A stretch of 64,000 bases of DNA from Eledone cirrhosa (taxonomy: Eukaryota). The translations under genes and the position numbers were made by a program. Shown in pieces: positions 1 to 13,760 of the stretch (the stretch's first letter is position 1; the number at the start of each line of letters is the position of its first letter). The notes beneath the pieces are model-generated. The model was not told where the DNA came from. It searched no databases and saw only the letters and a program-made list of their open reading frames with translations. The DNA lies in contig OZ024740.1 in the NCBI GenBank assembly GCA_964016885.1, positions 350,796,001 through 350,860,000 of the forward strand. The letters are read 5' to 3'.

Positions 1-650
<650 letters not shown>

Positions 651-1095
651 ATATAGATATATGTGCAAAAAATTAGTTCCCCAAACTCCAGGTCTTTATC
701 TATGTCCAGACAATACGACAGACCAAACACGATTAAATGAAGAAAATATATTTTTAAAAATACAAACCACGTCTGAATAAGCACTAGCGATAAACATTTG
801 TGAAAAATTATTCACTCACACAAACACATACACGCGCGAACACGTAACATACTTGTTCATTTTAGTAATGAAACTATATAAACCCGAAAGAAATTTCCCA
901 AAACATCAGATACGTGGCACATCACCATATAACCGCACATCTCTCCATCTCACTTAACTTTTAAAAATCATCCAATCGGTAAAGTTATTATTAATAAATC
1001 TTCTTAAAATCTTCAATTGCATTTTCAACTACATTTTTCTATATTTACTCGTGTGGGATAATAAACACACACACAAACACGTGTATATATCTATA

Positions 1096-1165
<70 letters not shown>

Positions 1166-1173
1166 CATATATA

Positions 1174-1850
1174 TGTAACGGAATATTATGTGTGGTTGTA
1201 ACGATAAGTGGATGGATGGATGTAACTGTTGGTATGGTGGTTTCGATGTAAAGAAAAATATCAGGATTGTGTTGTTACAAGGTTTATTTTATTACAACAA
1301 TATTCAATTTGAATATTGAATGATAAAATAATTGAGACAAAATATTCATACAATAATTTGGTGGCTCTTCGAGCCACGTAAATTCAAATATCACAGAATA
1401 CGATTATAATATGTGTAAACAGAAATGAATGGTGCGTGTACAAATGCTGGACTCACTATGAATGCGTGTGTGCGGCGTATCAGTATATTTACTTATTCGT
1501 ATTGCAGAAGTCAGCGATCAGCCAGGAAGGTGAGAATAAGTGGCAGACTGGTTTTTCGTGACGAGAGCTTGTAAAAACGACTTGTCTTGTCTGTATCCCA
1601 CTTCTTTTCTGTTCGAGGCGTAAACAATCCCTGTATTTATAAGAGTTGAAGTTAGAAGGATAGATATATCCTCTGACCTATTTTATGTCAGGTGTAAACA
1701 CCTCTGACCTGTGTTTAGCCTCTCCCAAGAGGTTAGTCTCTTGAGAGTAAACAAGTTACCACGGCTTGTCCCAGAGGCGGGAAAGCTCAGATTCGGTTTC
1801 GAATCTTCGGGAAAGCTCAGATTCGGTTTCGAATCTTCGCCGCCGTTATA
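1174..1850. mobile_element. Probable solo LTR (or short-TIR element) inserted in (TA)n
   Basis: Starts TGTAACGG and ends CCGTTATA (one change from CCGTTACA); ~680 bp non-coding; internal 30-bp tandem duplication at ~1779-1838. Confidence 0.5.
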
Positions 1851-2077
1851 TATATATATATATATATAGGTATGTATACGTACATACATTTATGTATACA
1901 GACGTACAATAGTATGTATATACATATATACATGCACACATATACATATATATATGTACGTATGGGTTTACCGAACATTTATTATAATGTTCGGTTTGTT
2001 TGTAAACAAACAACCCGAATTAAGCCGTACAGTGTTCGGTAACCATCGTTGCCCTTTTGTTCAACACTGACAAAGGA

Positions 2078-2120
2078 ACGATGAACTAGTTTCTAGCTTA
2101 TTAGCTGTCATCAGCACCGT
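2078..2120 (-). ncRNA. Type I hammerhead ribozyme, family A
   Basis: Reverse complement reads acggtg CTGATGA c agct aata agct a GAAA ctag TT catcgt. Confidence 0.85.
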
Positions 2121-2528
2121 ATACCTTCATGTCATGGATTGAACGTTTGAAAGTATATACTTTCCTCATGCATATTAACGGGTGAGCAGCCTAATTTGCA
2201 TATCGAGTGAGTTAGTCGGCCAGGCGTACCGAAAACGATAAATGGAAAAAATGAAATTTCATTTCTCACTCTTAGTACGGCTGATACTTAAATATAAGTA
2301 TGTATACGTACATACATATATGTATACAGACGTGCAATAGTATGTATATACATACATGCACACATATACATATATATATATATATGTACGTATGGGTTTA
2401 CCGAACATTATAATAATTGTATCTACTTTTTGGCACAAGGCCAGCAATTATCCAGTACATTACTGGTACTTTATTTTATCGACCCCGTAAGGATGAAAGG
2501 CAAAGTTAAATGATTGATCGGAAGGTAT

Positions 2529-2571
2529 ACGGTGTTGATGACAGCTAATAAGCTAGAGACTAGTTCATCGT
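2529..2571 (+). ncRNA. Degenerate hammerhead, family A
   Basis: Same scaffold, but core reads TTGATGA and GAGA. Confidence 0.7.
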
Positions 2572-2944
2572 TCCTTTGTCAGTGTTGAAAAAAGGGCAAC
2601 GATGGTGGCCGAACACTGTACCACTTCATTCGGCCTGTTTGTTTAAAAATAAACCGAACATTATAATAAATTTTCGGTAAACCCATACGTACATATATAT
2701 ATATGTGTGCATGTATGTATATACATGCTATTGTACGTCCGTATACATATATGTATGTATACATACTTATTTTTAAGTATCAGCCGTACTAAGAGTGAGA
2801 AATGAAATTTCATTTTTTTCTTTTATCGTTTGCGGTACGCCCGGCCGACTAACTCACTCGATATGCAAATTAGGCTGCTCACCCGTTAATATGCATAAGG
2901 AAAGTATATACTTTCAAACGATCAATCGATTGACAGGAAGGTAT

Positions 2945-2987
2945 ACGGTGCTGATGACAGCTAATAAGCTAGAAACTAGTTCATCGT
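2945..2987 (+). ncRNA. Type I hammerhead ribozyme, family A
   Basis: acggtg CTGATGA cagct aata agcta GAAA ctag TT catcgt; palindromic stem III (actagt). Confidence 0.88.
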
Positions 2988-4194
2988 TCCTTTGTCAGTG
3001 TTGAACAAAAGGGCAACGATGGTTGCCGAACACTGTACGGCTTAATTCGGGCTGTTTGTTTACAAACAAACCGAACATTATAATAAATGTTCGGTAAACC
3101 CATACGTACATATATATATATGTATATGTGTGCATGTATTTATGTATATACATACTATTGTACGTCTGTATACATATATGTATGTACGTATACATACTTA
3201 TATTTAAGTGTCAGTCGTACTAAGAGTGAGAAATGAAATTTCAAATTTTCCATATATATATACATACATGATGATGATGATGATATTAGTGATACTGATT
3301 ATGGTTGTGGTGGTGATGGTGATGGTGTTGAAAATTATCATGATATTGTTAACAAAATATTAATCGGAATTTCTTGTATTTATTCTTTTTTTTTATGCGT
3401 GTGTATAAGCGCTATTGTCGTTGCTTAAATGGAATATTGAATATATGTGACAAATACTTTGTTTTATCGGCCCCAGAATACTGAAAGGCAAATTTGTTCT
3501 CACCACGAACATAATGGGGTGAAATATGCGCTAATATTTTCAGGTGAAGAGGTATAATCAATAATAATGTCCCCAGTATGAGAATGGTTCTTTTGTTTTA
3601 TCGATTTCGCTGGGAAGGAACACAAAGTTAACCTTGGAAGGATTTGAAGAGCGACTCCTAAATACAGCAAAGCATTCTGTTTGTCTCCTTACAATTATCC
3701 CAAAGACAACTCGGTAACAACAATAAAAGCAAAAGCGACCCCTCGAACTTTCGAGAGAGCGTATAAGTAGACGTTGGAGCTGCTAGAAATAGTAGCCAAA
3801 TCACTCTCAAATCGCACTTAGACTAACTTCACACATTGGGTGATGTGGTAATAGGCGTAGTTATAAAACTGCCTTCCATCACAATTCTGCTAAAAAATAT
3901 TTGACCTGGAGGTAAGCAACAAATGAGCCAGCAAGTTTGACAATATATATTATGTATATAAAAAATTATCATCATCCTAAATTTGGAATGTTTGCGTCTG
4001 TGCGAGCGTGTTAGAAGTGGGAATGGGGGAGGTGTGATGAATGTGTGTTGTGGATGTGGGCAAAAGAAAAACAAGGTAAAACCATGGGAAGTAAACACTA
4101 TAAACCATGAACATCTATATATCTGCCTCAAACCTTTTTAAAGACACCAAAAACACGCACACACACACACAAGTAAATATATATATACATACAA

Positions 4195-4259
<65 letters not shown>

Positions 4260-4480
4260 CGGGGTAACAGATTATTGTTATAGGTAGTCCACTTAGGTGT
4301 AGTCCAGTTATGGTACTCCGAGTAGTGGATGATATCAACGCTTGGCTAAGTTTGACTCAACAAGGCGTTTCCATAGTGATGCTGCGAGTACGCGGTAATT
4401 TCTATGTTGTTAACACTTGGAGTAATGATAAATCAGGAAAGAAGAGTGACACGGTTTGCTATACAAAAAAGATTTTTAAT

Positions 4481-4599
4481 CTCATTGCTGACAATTGTTT
4501 CTCTGAACTGGTAGGTCTAGAGATCGCTACCCGCTTGTTTTCACATCATTCGATCACCAATACATAGTTGTAACCAGTCAATTCATCGGAGCTTGTGAG
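4481..4599 (-). ncRNA. Hammerhead variant, family C (CCGATGA core, long stem II)
   Basis: Inverted copy of 8207-8325. Confidence 0.7.
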
Positions 4600-5093
4600 A
4601 ATGAAAGGAATATACAGGCATGGCTACTATATATAGTAGTAATGGCATTCAATCAGAACAATAACAACAATACTAACAATGCTAGCAATAAATTATTTGA
4701 AATAATCACAACAGCAATCTAGGTGAGAAATATAGTATATCTACGATTTTAGCGTGTAAAACTAGCTGACATGAGGCAGATGTATAAAATTGACATGTAA
4801 AAGCTGTCATGGGGTGTATTATATATAGTGTAGAGATAGGCCGGTGGCTTTAAACAATGAACCATTTCCTTTATTGTAGGTCTGGTGGCCGTAAGAATTA
4901 TTTATTATCTGACAGATGAAACATTTATCACTGTAGTGAGGATAGTAATATTTGTGGTGTTAGGTTCAATATTTATGTGGTCTATATTAGATGAAGGGGT
5001 TGTTTATCTTTCACATCATCAATAACATACATGTATAAGAAAACATAACAGAGTAGCAATATAATAGGCAAGTTAATACAGAGGTTAAGGAGG

Positions 5094-5122
<29 letters not shown>

Positions 5123-5128
<6 letters not shown>

Positions 5129-5842
5129 TAATACATCTACCAACATATGCGTAGAGATGTACACTAATACTAGTAAATATATAAGTTATGTCAAAGTACC
5201 TAGGTGGTTCAATGCAGGGGGATGCAGAACAATTATATGAAAGACGTAAAATAAAAATTAACTTACTTACTAAAATTTTCACTCCAACTAATTAGTTTCT
5301 GTAATGGGATAAATATAGTTACACAAGGTAACTATCGAGAATTCATTTGACATAACTTATATATTTACTAGTATTAGTGTACATCTGTACGCATATGTTG
5401 GTAGATGTATTAATTCTATATATTTATCTCCAAATTATTTGTTGAGCAAACTTGCCAAATCTACTGCTAATTCATAGTAGTAGTAGTAGGCTCTTGTCAT
5501 AATACCACCCCACTCCTAACTGACTAACCTCAGTGTCACGTGATTGATTCTTTAGAATCCACCACTGACCAGAGGCAGTGAACTTTTTCAGTGCTATGGA
5601 ATTTAGTCCCCGCTAGCTTATTACATCCACTGAATTATTATTTTTATATGGGTTCCTAGTGTCCGCGCATTGCCTGGGAACTTAGCTGAGAATAGACTCC
5701 CTGATGACGTAATGAATTCTCGATAGTTACATTGTGTAACTATATTTATCCCATTACAGAAACTAATTAGTTGGAGTGAAAATTTTAGTAAGTAAGTTAA
5801 TTTTTAATTTTTAAAATGTTCTTATTTTACGTCTTTCATATA
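5123..5842. mobile_element. Fold-back, permuted copy of the 538-bp HHR unit (family B) nested in a TA tract
   Basis: 5123-5193 is inverted at 5347-5418; 5233-5347 is inverted at ~5712-5842; matches 40897-42050. Confidence 0.8.
5696..5777 (+). ncRNA. Type I hammerhead ribozyme, family B
   Basis: actcc CTGATGA c gtaatg...cattac a GAAA ctaattag TT ggagt; palindromic stem III. Confidence 0.88.
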
Positions 5843-5858
5843 TATAAATAGAACTTTT

Positions 5859-5908
<50 letters not shown>

Positions 5909-6021
5909 ATATGTATATATATATATGTATATATGTATGTATATATATATATGTATATATGTATATATATATATATGTATATATATATACATATATATAC
6001 ATATACATATATATAAATATA

Positions 6022-6071
<50 letters not shown>

Positions 6072-6104
6072 CAGGTAGATATTTAAATTATTTTTTTAAT
6101 TTAT

Positions 6105-7341
6105 TGAACAATAAAAAGGTAAACTTTCTAGATGTGACTCTAAATCTAAATACGGGATTAATAGAACCCTTCCACAAAAATAAGGAGAATCTGGCCTACA
6201 TTAGTTTTAACTCAAACCACCCCAAATCCATAATCATATCCATAGCACGTAGTATATCCCTTAGAATATCCCGCTTATCCTCAAACCTAGAAATTTTTAA
6301 TGAACATGCTAACTATTATAATGCAGCATTACATAGGGCCGGACATAAAGATAAGCTGCAGTTTATAACGAATAAAGACAACTTAAACAAACCTACTAGC
6401 AATTACACCAACCGCTCACACAAAAATAGAGGTAACAGGACTAGACATAGAGTTAGGCACGTAGCAGCTAGAGTAAGTGGTCCAAACACCAATAATGTAA
6501 ACCCTAGAAACAATAGAAGAATCAGAGAAAGAAAATACCTGTGGTTCAATCCAATCTTCAACTCCTCGTTAAAAACTAGACTGCCTTCTACATTCTTTAA
6601 ACTAATAGATAAACACTTCCCTATTTCACACAGATATCATAAAATACTCAATAGAAAAACTACAAAACTCTCATACTCTACGGCAGCAAATATAGAATCG
6701 CACATACGCAAGATCAACCACAGAAATACCTCTAGGGAATCCGCCGCACCTATGCGCAACATAGCACCAAATTATAAACATAAACACATCACAGTATTAC
6801 AACCGCAAACGCATACAAGCACACAGCAGCAAAACCCCAACGGGCATAAATCACAACCTACTTATAGCAGTGTACAAAACAACAGTGTGGAAGCTGCACG
6901 AAATAACACCTCAAACTGTAACTGTCACCTACCGGATAGGTGCCCATTGGCGAATAGATGCCTTGATTCGCGCCTAGTGTACATGTGTACGGTCAACTCA
7001 GACAACTCCATCTGGCATTACATTGGATCCACCGTGGGTACTTTAAAAAAAATTGGTATGTGCACAGACACTCGACGAAAAACCGTGCACTTATGGGTTC
7101 TACAACCCTCGCCAAAAAAATCTGGGAACTTCAGGACAATAACACCAACTACAATATCAACTGGTCGAGGTTGTCGGCCGCAAAGACTTACAGTACCGGT
7201 ATGTCCCACTGTAGGCTGTGTGATCTAGAATTACTATATATCCTTAGGAATGTAAAAAGGCTACTCAACAACAAGTTAGAAAGATCTATCTTCTGCAGAC
7301 ACAGGATCGCCACTAAATTCACAAGATTTAAGCCTCCGTGA
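6105..7341 (+). pseudogene. C-terminal half of a Naiad-like PLE protein (RT thumb, Cys linker, GIY-YIG endonuclease), frameshifted in the A-run near 7045
   Basis: VNFLDVTLNL..SNHPKSII, WFNPIFN, CNCHLPDRCPLANRCL, VY..HYIGST, then in the second frame CRLCDLE..LLNNKLE..CRH. Confidence 0.85.
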
Positions 7342-7626
7342 ATCGAACCGACGTAACTTAGCTTTCAACTTAGGATATCCACTATACTGAACGAACCACC
7401 ACAGAAATACAATCATTAAGTACATTCTAGCCTTCTTAATTCTATACCACAGTAATGTCTGTAAGTACCTTATCAACCCATAAATATATCCCTTCTCAGC
7501 TGCTGTCAACACAACTTCCTCACCCTTGACTCTCAACAAATGAACCTAAATCCAAGAACATTTCAAAATACTAGTACAGCAGAACATTACCTTCCTCCTG
7601 TTATAATTGTAGTCAGCATGTTTTCT

Positions 7627-7674
<48 letters not shown>

Positions 7675-8206
7675 CCTCCTTAACCTCTGTATTAACTTGC
7701 CTATTATATTGCTACTCTGTTAATGTTGTCTTATACATGTATGTTATTGATGATGTGAAAGATAAACAACCCTTCATCTAATATAGACCACATACATATT
7801 GAACCTAACACCACAAATATTACTATCCTTACTACAGTGATAAATGTTTCATCTGTCAGATAATAAATAATTCTTACGGCCACCAGACCTACAATAAAGG
7901 AAATGGTTCATTGTTTAAAGCCACCGGCTTATCTTTACACTATACATAATACACCCCATGACAGCTTTTACATGTCAATTTTATACATCTGCCTCATATC
8001 AGCTAGTTTTACACTCTAAAATCGTAGATATACTATATTTCTCACCTAGATTGATGTTGTGATTATTTCAAATAATTTATTGCTAGCATTGTTAGTATTG
8101 TTGTTATTGTTCTGATTGAATGCCATTGGGTAATTGCTGGCCTTGTGCCTAACGTAGAAACAATTACTACTATATATAGTAGCCATGCCTGTATATTCCT
8201 TTCATT

Positions 8207-8325
8207 CTCACAAGCTCCGATGAATTGACTGGTTACAACTACGTATTGGTGATCGAATGACGTGAAAACAAGCGGGTAGCGATCTCTAGACCTACCAGTT
8301 CAGAGAAACAATTGTCAGCAATGAG
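8207..8325 (+). ncRNA. Hammerhead variant, family C
   Basis: ctca..gct CCGATGA (tgactggt..accagttca stem II, ~80 nt) GAAA caattg TC agc..tgag; GUC site, sense to the Naiad-like ORF. Confidence 0.72.
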
Positions 8326-8385
8326 ATTAAAAACCTTTTTTGTATAGCAAACCGTGTCACTCTTCCTTCCTGGTTTATATATATA

Positions 8386-8590
8386 TAAGTTTATCCCGGG
8401 TTCAATCGGGGGTGGAGGGTAACCACAGTAAGTAAGGTACTCAATACATAGCAGAGTATAAATATTTAATATACAGATGGATTCTACAGGACTAGAACTG
8501 TTTTCAATCGGGAGAAATCATCAGAAGTTTCCGGTTAATTTCTCCCGAATGAAACTCTTCTAGTCCTGTAGAAGCCCTTTCTATATTATA
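8386..8590. mobile_element. Fold-back mini-element, HHR family D
   Basis: 8483-8518 is inverted at 8538-8574; minus-strand CTGATGA..GAAA; the terminal part recurs at 12320-12381 and inverted at 21378-21425. Confidence 0.7.
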
Positions 8591-8779
8591 TATATATATA
8601 TATGTGTGTGTATGTGTATATATACATATATATGTGTGTGTGTACACGTATAAACATACATACATCTGCCTATATACATGTTGAGTCGCGGGGGGGGGGG
8701 GCACCGGTGCATGCCCCCGCATACACCCATGTCCATACAGGTAATAATAACGACAGTAATAATTATATGTATGTGTATG

Positions 8780-9385
8780 CAGTGGCGGACTAGGTCTAAA
8801 AATTATTGCTTGCCAGATGAAGGGGGCCCACCTACATATAGAATGCTATCATTTAATTTTTATAATGAATAAATAACATTTTCGAAAAATACATAAGTGG
8901 AAACAAAACAGTGCAATGACATTTTTGCGGAAAAATATCTTACCGTCTCCAATAAAAATATTTTGTGGACCAGGATTGAACCCAAAGCCAGCATCTCTAC
9001 CGTCTCTGGTACCTACCGCTAGGCCACACAGGAAACCATGAAAATTTTAATGAAAATTCATACTTATAAACCTACTTTCAAAATGTTCAAAACAAAGTGT
9101 TGTGGTGTCGTTCATGTCTTTCTTAATGTTACTGCTCCTACTTAAGGTCGACTTCTAAATCATTTGGGTGTTCCATAAACTACATATTCGTTTTGTTTCA
9201 CATCTATCTAGACTATATTTTAACCTATAATCCATGTTTCATTGCTGTTCCACCTCATTTCTCCCCCCCCCTTCTCTCTGTCTCTCTCTCTCTCTGTAAT
9301 ATTTGAATCTACTACTATGATTTGGGTTTACCTTATGTATATATGTTTTTGCATGTCAATTAGATTCAAGCTTACAATGATTGGC

Positions 9386-9390
<5 letters not shown>
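8780..9390 (+). mobile_element. Interspersed repeat beginning CAGTGGCGGA (hAT-like end), with an internal antisense tRNA-like segment
   Basis: Further copies begin at 9460, 43891 and 45958, each directly after a TA-rich tract; long copies end cttacaatgattggcatta(TA)n. Confidence 0.65.
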
Positions 9391-9462
<72 letters not shown>

Positions 9463-9922
9463 TGGCGGGCTAGGTCTAAAAATATTGGTTGCCAGATTGT
9501 CTACATATAGAATGCTATCATTTAATTTTTATAATGAATAAATAACATTTTCAAAAAACACATAAGTGAAAACAAAACAGTGCAATCAAATTTTTCCGGG
9601 AAAATATCTTACCGTCTCCAATAAAAAATATGTATTTTGCGAAATCCGGAGACCTTCAAGGGATTTCATTTATTAGCCACAAGGGCCGATATGTAGGGGA
9701 CAATACAAAGACAGGGACAGTGGGGTTTACAATAAGGTCGAGTAAAAGTGCACAATGGCAAGATTAATTTAACAATGAAGATATAAAAATATAAAATAAA
9801 CTATGCATAAATATAACAAAATAAATTCCCCGATAGGGGTGGACGACGCTGGGGTGACTCAGGTACCCCACCAATCCTTCAATAATGACCTTTGATCTTT
9901 CACACTTACTCAATATATATAT

Positions 9923-9973
<51 letters not shown>

Positions 9974-10093
9974 CGTGTGTGTGTATCTATATATCTTTCT
10001 CTCTCTATGTATATATATACACCACCTTCACCACTAATTGATTTGACAGATGTCTTTAACCCATTGATACCAAATATTATTTGGTCAGTAGTT

Positions 10094-10136
<43 letters not shown>

Positions 10137-10422
10137 GCTTGTGTGTCCGTGTCTATATATGTATGTTTGCATGCATTAATATACTAAGCTTTAAGTTTAG
10201 TAGAATGTGCAACTGCTGATTCCAGCTACTTGCACTGTCGTACATGTTGTTTTCTAGTAGTACCCTGCAGCATTGGTTGACCAAATCCTTTGCTTAATTG
10301 TTTTATTTATTTTTTAAATGTTATTCTTTCTCTTAGATTTCAGGTATTTGTGTTTGTGTGGTGTTGTGTGGTGTGTGTGCGTGTGCGTATGCGTGTGTGT
10401 GTGAATATATATATATATGTAT

Positions 10423-10695
10423 ATAGGAGACAGTTGTAGTTTGCTTGAAGCATTGTGTATAGTATAGAAAAATGAGAAGTTTGAAGCCACCACAACGCAA
10501 AATGGACGAGCAAGAAAGTAAGACGAAGCAAGATGTTATGTGTTACCTAATGTATTTATCTGTCCTGATATTTCGAGAGAAATCTCTTCTTCGGAGGAAT
10601 ATAACAGGTGACCCGCCCAGACAGTTAAATATATAAGGTAACACATAACATCTTGTTTGTCCATTTTGCATTGTTGTGACATTCAAATTTCACAT
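10423..10695. mobile_element. Fold-back mini-PLE with an HHR in the loop (family E)
   Basis: 10475-10548 is imperfectly inverted at 10637-10693; its terminus resembles 55681-55722 and 43839-43872. Confidence 0.7.
10563..10598 (-). ncRNA. Minimal hammerhead variant (CCGAAGA core)
   Basis: Reverse complement tcct CCGAAGA a gaga tttc tctc GAAA ta TC agga. Confidence 0.75.
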
Positions 10696-10724
10696 CTCTC
10701 TCTCTCTCTCTCAATCTCTCTCTC

Positions 10725-10803
<79 letters not shown>

Positions 10804-11704
10804 TGTATCATATGTATATACACATATGCACACACAACCACGACTCTACCATAAAACCCACTGACAGATTCCATTAAATTTCACACAAAATCTGTATCCA
10901 GATAGACACCCAACACATGCACATGCAGACACACCAGCGTATGCACACACACCTTTACACAATATTTTAGAAACACGCTTATTTTTGCATGTACATACGG
11001 TAATTTTTCTAGGTTGTCTCTATTATTTTTTTTTACAACCACATTTAGTTGTTTAGTTAACATATTGAGACATCGACCCATCCTTTTTATTTTATAACGC
11101 ATGTAATTTCAAGTTCCTTTTTGTCATGTATAATTGTTTCTACTTTTGGCACAAGACCAGCGATTATTCCAGTGCATTACTGGTACTTTATTTTATCGAC
11201 CCCGTAAGGATGAAAGGCAAAGTTAACCTGCGCGTATAATGTTCTGTAATGTATAACGAAATTTAATTGTCGCAGGAATGCTACCACTTAAAATAAAATT
11301 TTGCCGGAGATAGATTGGCGAGGGATTGGAATAAGAGCGAGGGGATGGTGGACAAATTTGAAAAGTTAATAAGCGTGGAGGCGGGTGGTGATTATTTGAG
11401 ACCCGCCTTTATAAAAATATATATAGACTTGATTCTAGAACCTACAATAATGGCCTTCGTAGGGCTTATCCACTTACTGCATTCGGCAATCACCTTACGC
11501 TTGACCTTGATAAGACGGCTTATTCAAAGTAGGGTGATATATATCCAGTCGGGAATTTGATGTTGAAACGGCAACAGCTCAGCCGTCAGGCTCCGAACCT
11601 CAACGATATATATCGACAGTCGATCAACTTTCGTCAAATCGGACCGAGGAAACAATGTTTCCGTTGGTCTTTCCAATTGCTAATACTATCTATCGGTCGC
11701 AACA

Positions 11705-11830
11705 CCAGGTAGAAAGAGCAACGTGAAATAAAGTGTCTTGCTCAAGGACATATCGCCTGGTTCAGGAATCGAACTGACAACCTCACGATTGCAAATCCAG
11801 TTCTCTATCTAATCAGCCACGCACCTTCAA
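11705..11830 (-). mobile_element. tRNA-derived SINE, second family (Meta/Deu-like core)
   Basis: Reverse complement has gtggctga..gttcgattcct A/B boxes followed by tgtccttgagcaagacacttt; related + copy at ~49783-50050. Confidence 0.6.
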
Positions 11831-12039
11831 ACAAACAATCTCTCTCTCAGAGAGATATTACTTTATCTGTGCTTATCCTCTACAGTTTCTCTTCTTCTCT
11901 CTCTCTCTCTCTCTCTAATAAGAGAATGTTTCGCCATAAAAAGTGAAGATTCCATATTGCAGAGGGTTTATCAATAGGTGGATAATAGTATGATCCACAC
12001 TTCTAAAATTTATTCTTTTAATTGATATGTATTCTCCAG

Positions 12040-12235
12040 TACTGAAATATGCAGATGACATGAAGCTGTACCTTGAGATAAAAAGTTCAGATCCTGAACG
12101 CTATAGTGCGGCCACACTTAGAATTTGCATCACTAGTCTGGAACCCCTATCTTGCTCAGAACATCGATATATCTGCCTCAAACTTTTTTAAAGACACCAA
12201 AAACACGCACACACACACACACTCACACACTCACA

Positions 12236-12276
<41 letters not shown>

Positions 12277-12740
12277 GTATATAATATATATCACACACAC
12301 ATATATATATATATATATATAAGTTTATCCCGGGTTCAATTGGGGGGTAACCACAATAAGTAAGGTACTCAATACATAGCAAGGTACCTTTTTGATTTCC
12401 ATGTGTCTAACACACGTGGGCATGCCAACAAAGTCAGAAAACAGTACAGCTCCCATGGCTTTCGAAAACATTTTTTCACGCTCAGGGTTGCTGAAGCATG
12501 GAAGAAATACCTGCATCAGTTGTTAACTGCCGTGACACTGCATCCTTTAAAACCTCCAAGCTTCCTGAAATTAGCCAACACTACACCTAATATTCCCCCT
12601 CCATACACACGCACACATGTATATCATGACTCACACAATTCACTTCCATGACAATTGTATATTATTCTAAGTACTATAAATGCACCTTTGATGAGTTGTA
12701 GTGCACCTGAGCACTGTACACAATAATTTCATTATTATTA
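12040..12740 (+). pseudogene. Fragmented 3' end of a CR1/L2-type LINE, interrupted by a CA-repeat/PLE-end insertion
   Basis: LKYADDMKLY, VRPHLEFASLVWNPY, TRGH..RKHFFTLRV..W; (ATT)n tail. Confidence 0.75.
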
Positions 12741-13265
12741 ACCTTTTCGTAGACAATATGTTTTTCTTTCTAGAGTTATGATGGTATTCTATCCCCCATA
12801 ATTGAAGACATACCTCTATCTGTATTTTTCTTATATACTGCCTTATATATATATATATATATATGCATATATATATATATGTGTATGTGTGGGTTTGTGT
12901 CTGTCTGTATGTGCGTCTGTGGCTGTGTATGTGAGTGTGTGTCTGTGTGTGTGTGTGTGTGTGTCTATGCCTCTGTGTGTGTGTAAAAATAGCATAATGT
13001 CTCTCAAACCCAATGTGGAGAATATGGATGACAAAAGTTTAAAAGACAGCATCAGGATGATTGATATCCAAAGAAAGCTTGGAGGGAAATGAAATATACT
13101 CACTCTAATACAGATAAAAAAAAGGAGATTAAATCGGTTTGGATATGACATCAGAAGAGGATTCGGTAACTATGTTAGAATGTCCTATAAGAGTTATTTT
13201 GCCACAGGGAAGACCTCCCAAGAGATAGAAGGATCAATGCAAATACCGCTGCTCAAACTATACTA

Positions 13266-13311
<46 letters not shown>

Positions 13312-13516
13312 CGTTTCTGAATTTGTTTAGCAAGATTCTTTATCTGAAAACGTGTGTTGAAACCGATATTGTTATACTTAGGGAGGGTCATGTTGCCAAT
13401 AAGAAACACACGCACCAGTTGCTTTCACTTCAATTTATTATAAATTTATAAATTTAGGAATTTATAAATTTCCGGTTGGTTGGTTGGTTCCACAACCAGA
13501 TGGTTGTTTATATATT

Positions 13517-13559
13517 GTCAAAGTTCTTTCGTCACACATTCTGTGACCTCTTCAGTGAC
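13517..13559 (-). ncRNA. Minimal type I hammerhead, family F (3' pLTR)
   Basis: Reverse complement gtca CTGAAGA g gtcaca gaatg tgtgac GAAA g aa cTT tgac. Confidence 0.82.
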
Positions 13560-13760
13560 TGGGGATTCTTTTCTTTGTTGTTGTGCCTCTCCTTTGTTCT
13601 GTCCTACGCCATCTTGTTTCTGTGTGTGTGTTGTATGCTCAGTCTGCGCATGCGGCACATCCGGGTGTCTGTGTGTGTTTATATTCGTTTATTTATTTGG
13701 TTATTTACATGTTACTGGTTGGTTGTTTGTTCTATGTGCGTGTGTGTTTTCATTTTGTCC

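Larger units (their letters stand above)
1870..3250. mobile_element. Non-coding HHR cassette, family A: ~416-bp head-to-tail units in two inverted arms, with a SINE fragment (2412-2508) at the junction
   Basis: 1870-2410 is reverse-complementary to 2505-3250; HHR copies at 2529 and 2945 are 416 bp apart; diverged copy at ~39308-39735. Confidence 0.8.
4425..8375 (+). mobile_element. 5'-truncated Naiad-like Penelope retroelement with inverted pLTRs (4425-5098 and 7672-8375) and nested insertions
   Basis: ~670-bp inverted repeat flanks an RT-thumb/GIY-YIG coding fragment; one HHR in each arm. Confidence 0.75.

Noticed and set aside
6073-6106. Similarity to the sequence downstream of HHR family K (44881-44915, minus)
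   Set aside because: Short and very AT-rich, so it could be chance
6900-7630. Selenoprotein-type Naiad
   Set aside because: The conserved Cys codons are TGT/TGC and I could not identify a SECIS by eye
12985-13230. RTE LINE C-terminal remnant (RRLNRFGYDIRR)
   Set aside because: Plausible but too degenerate to call
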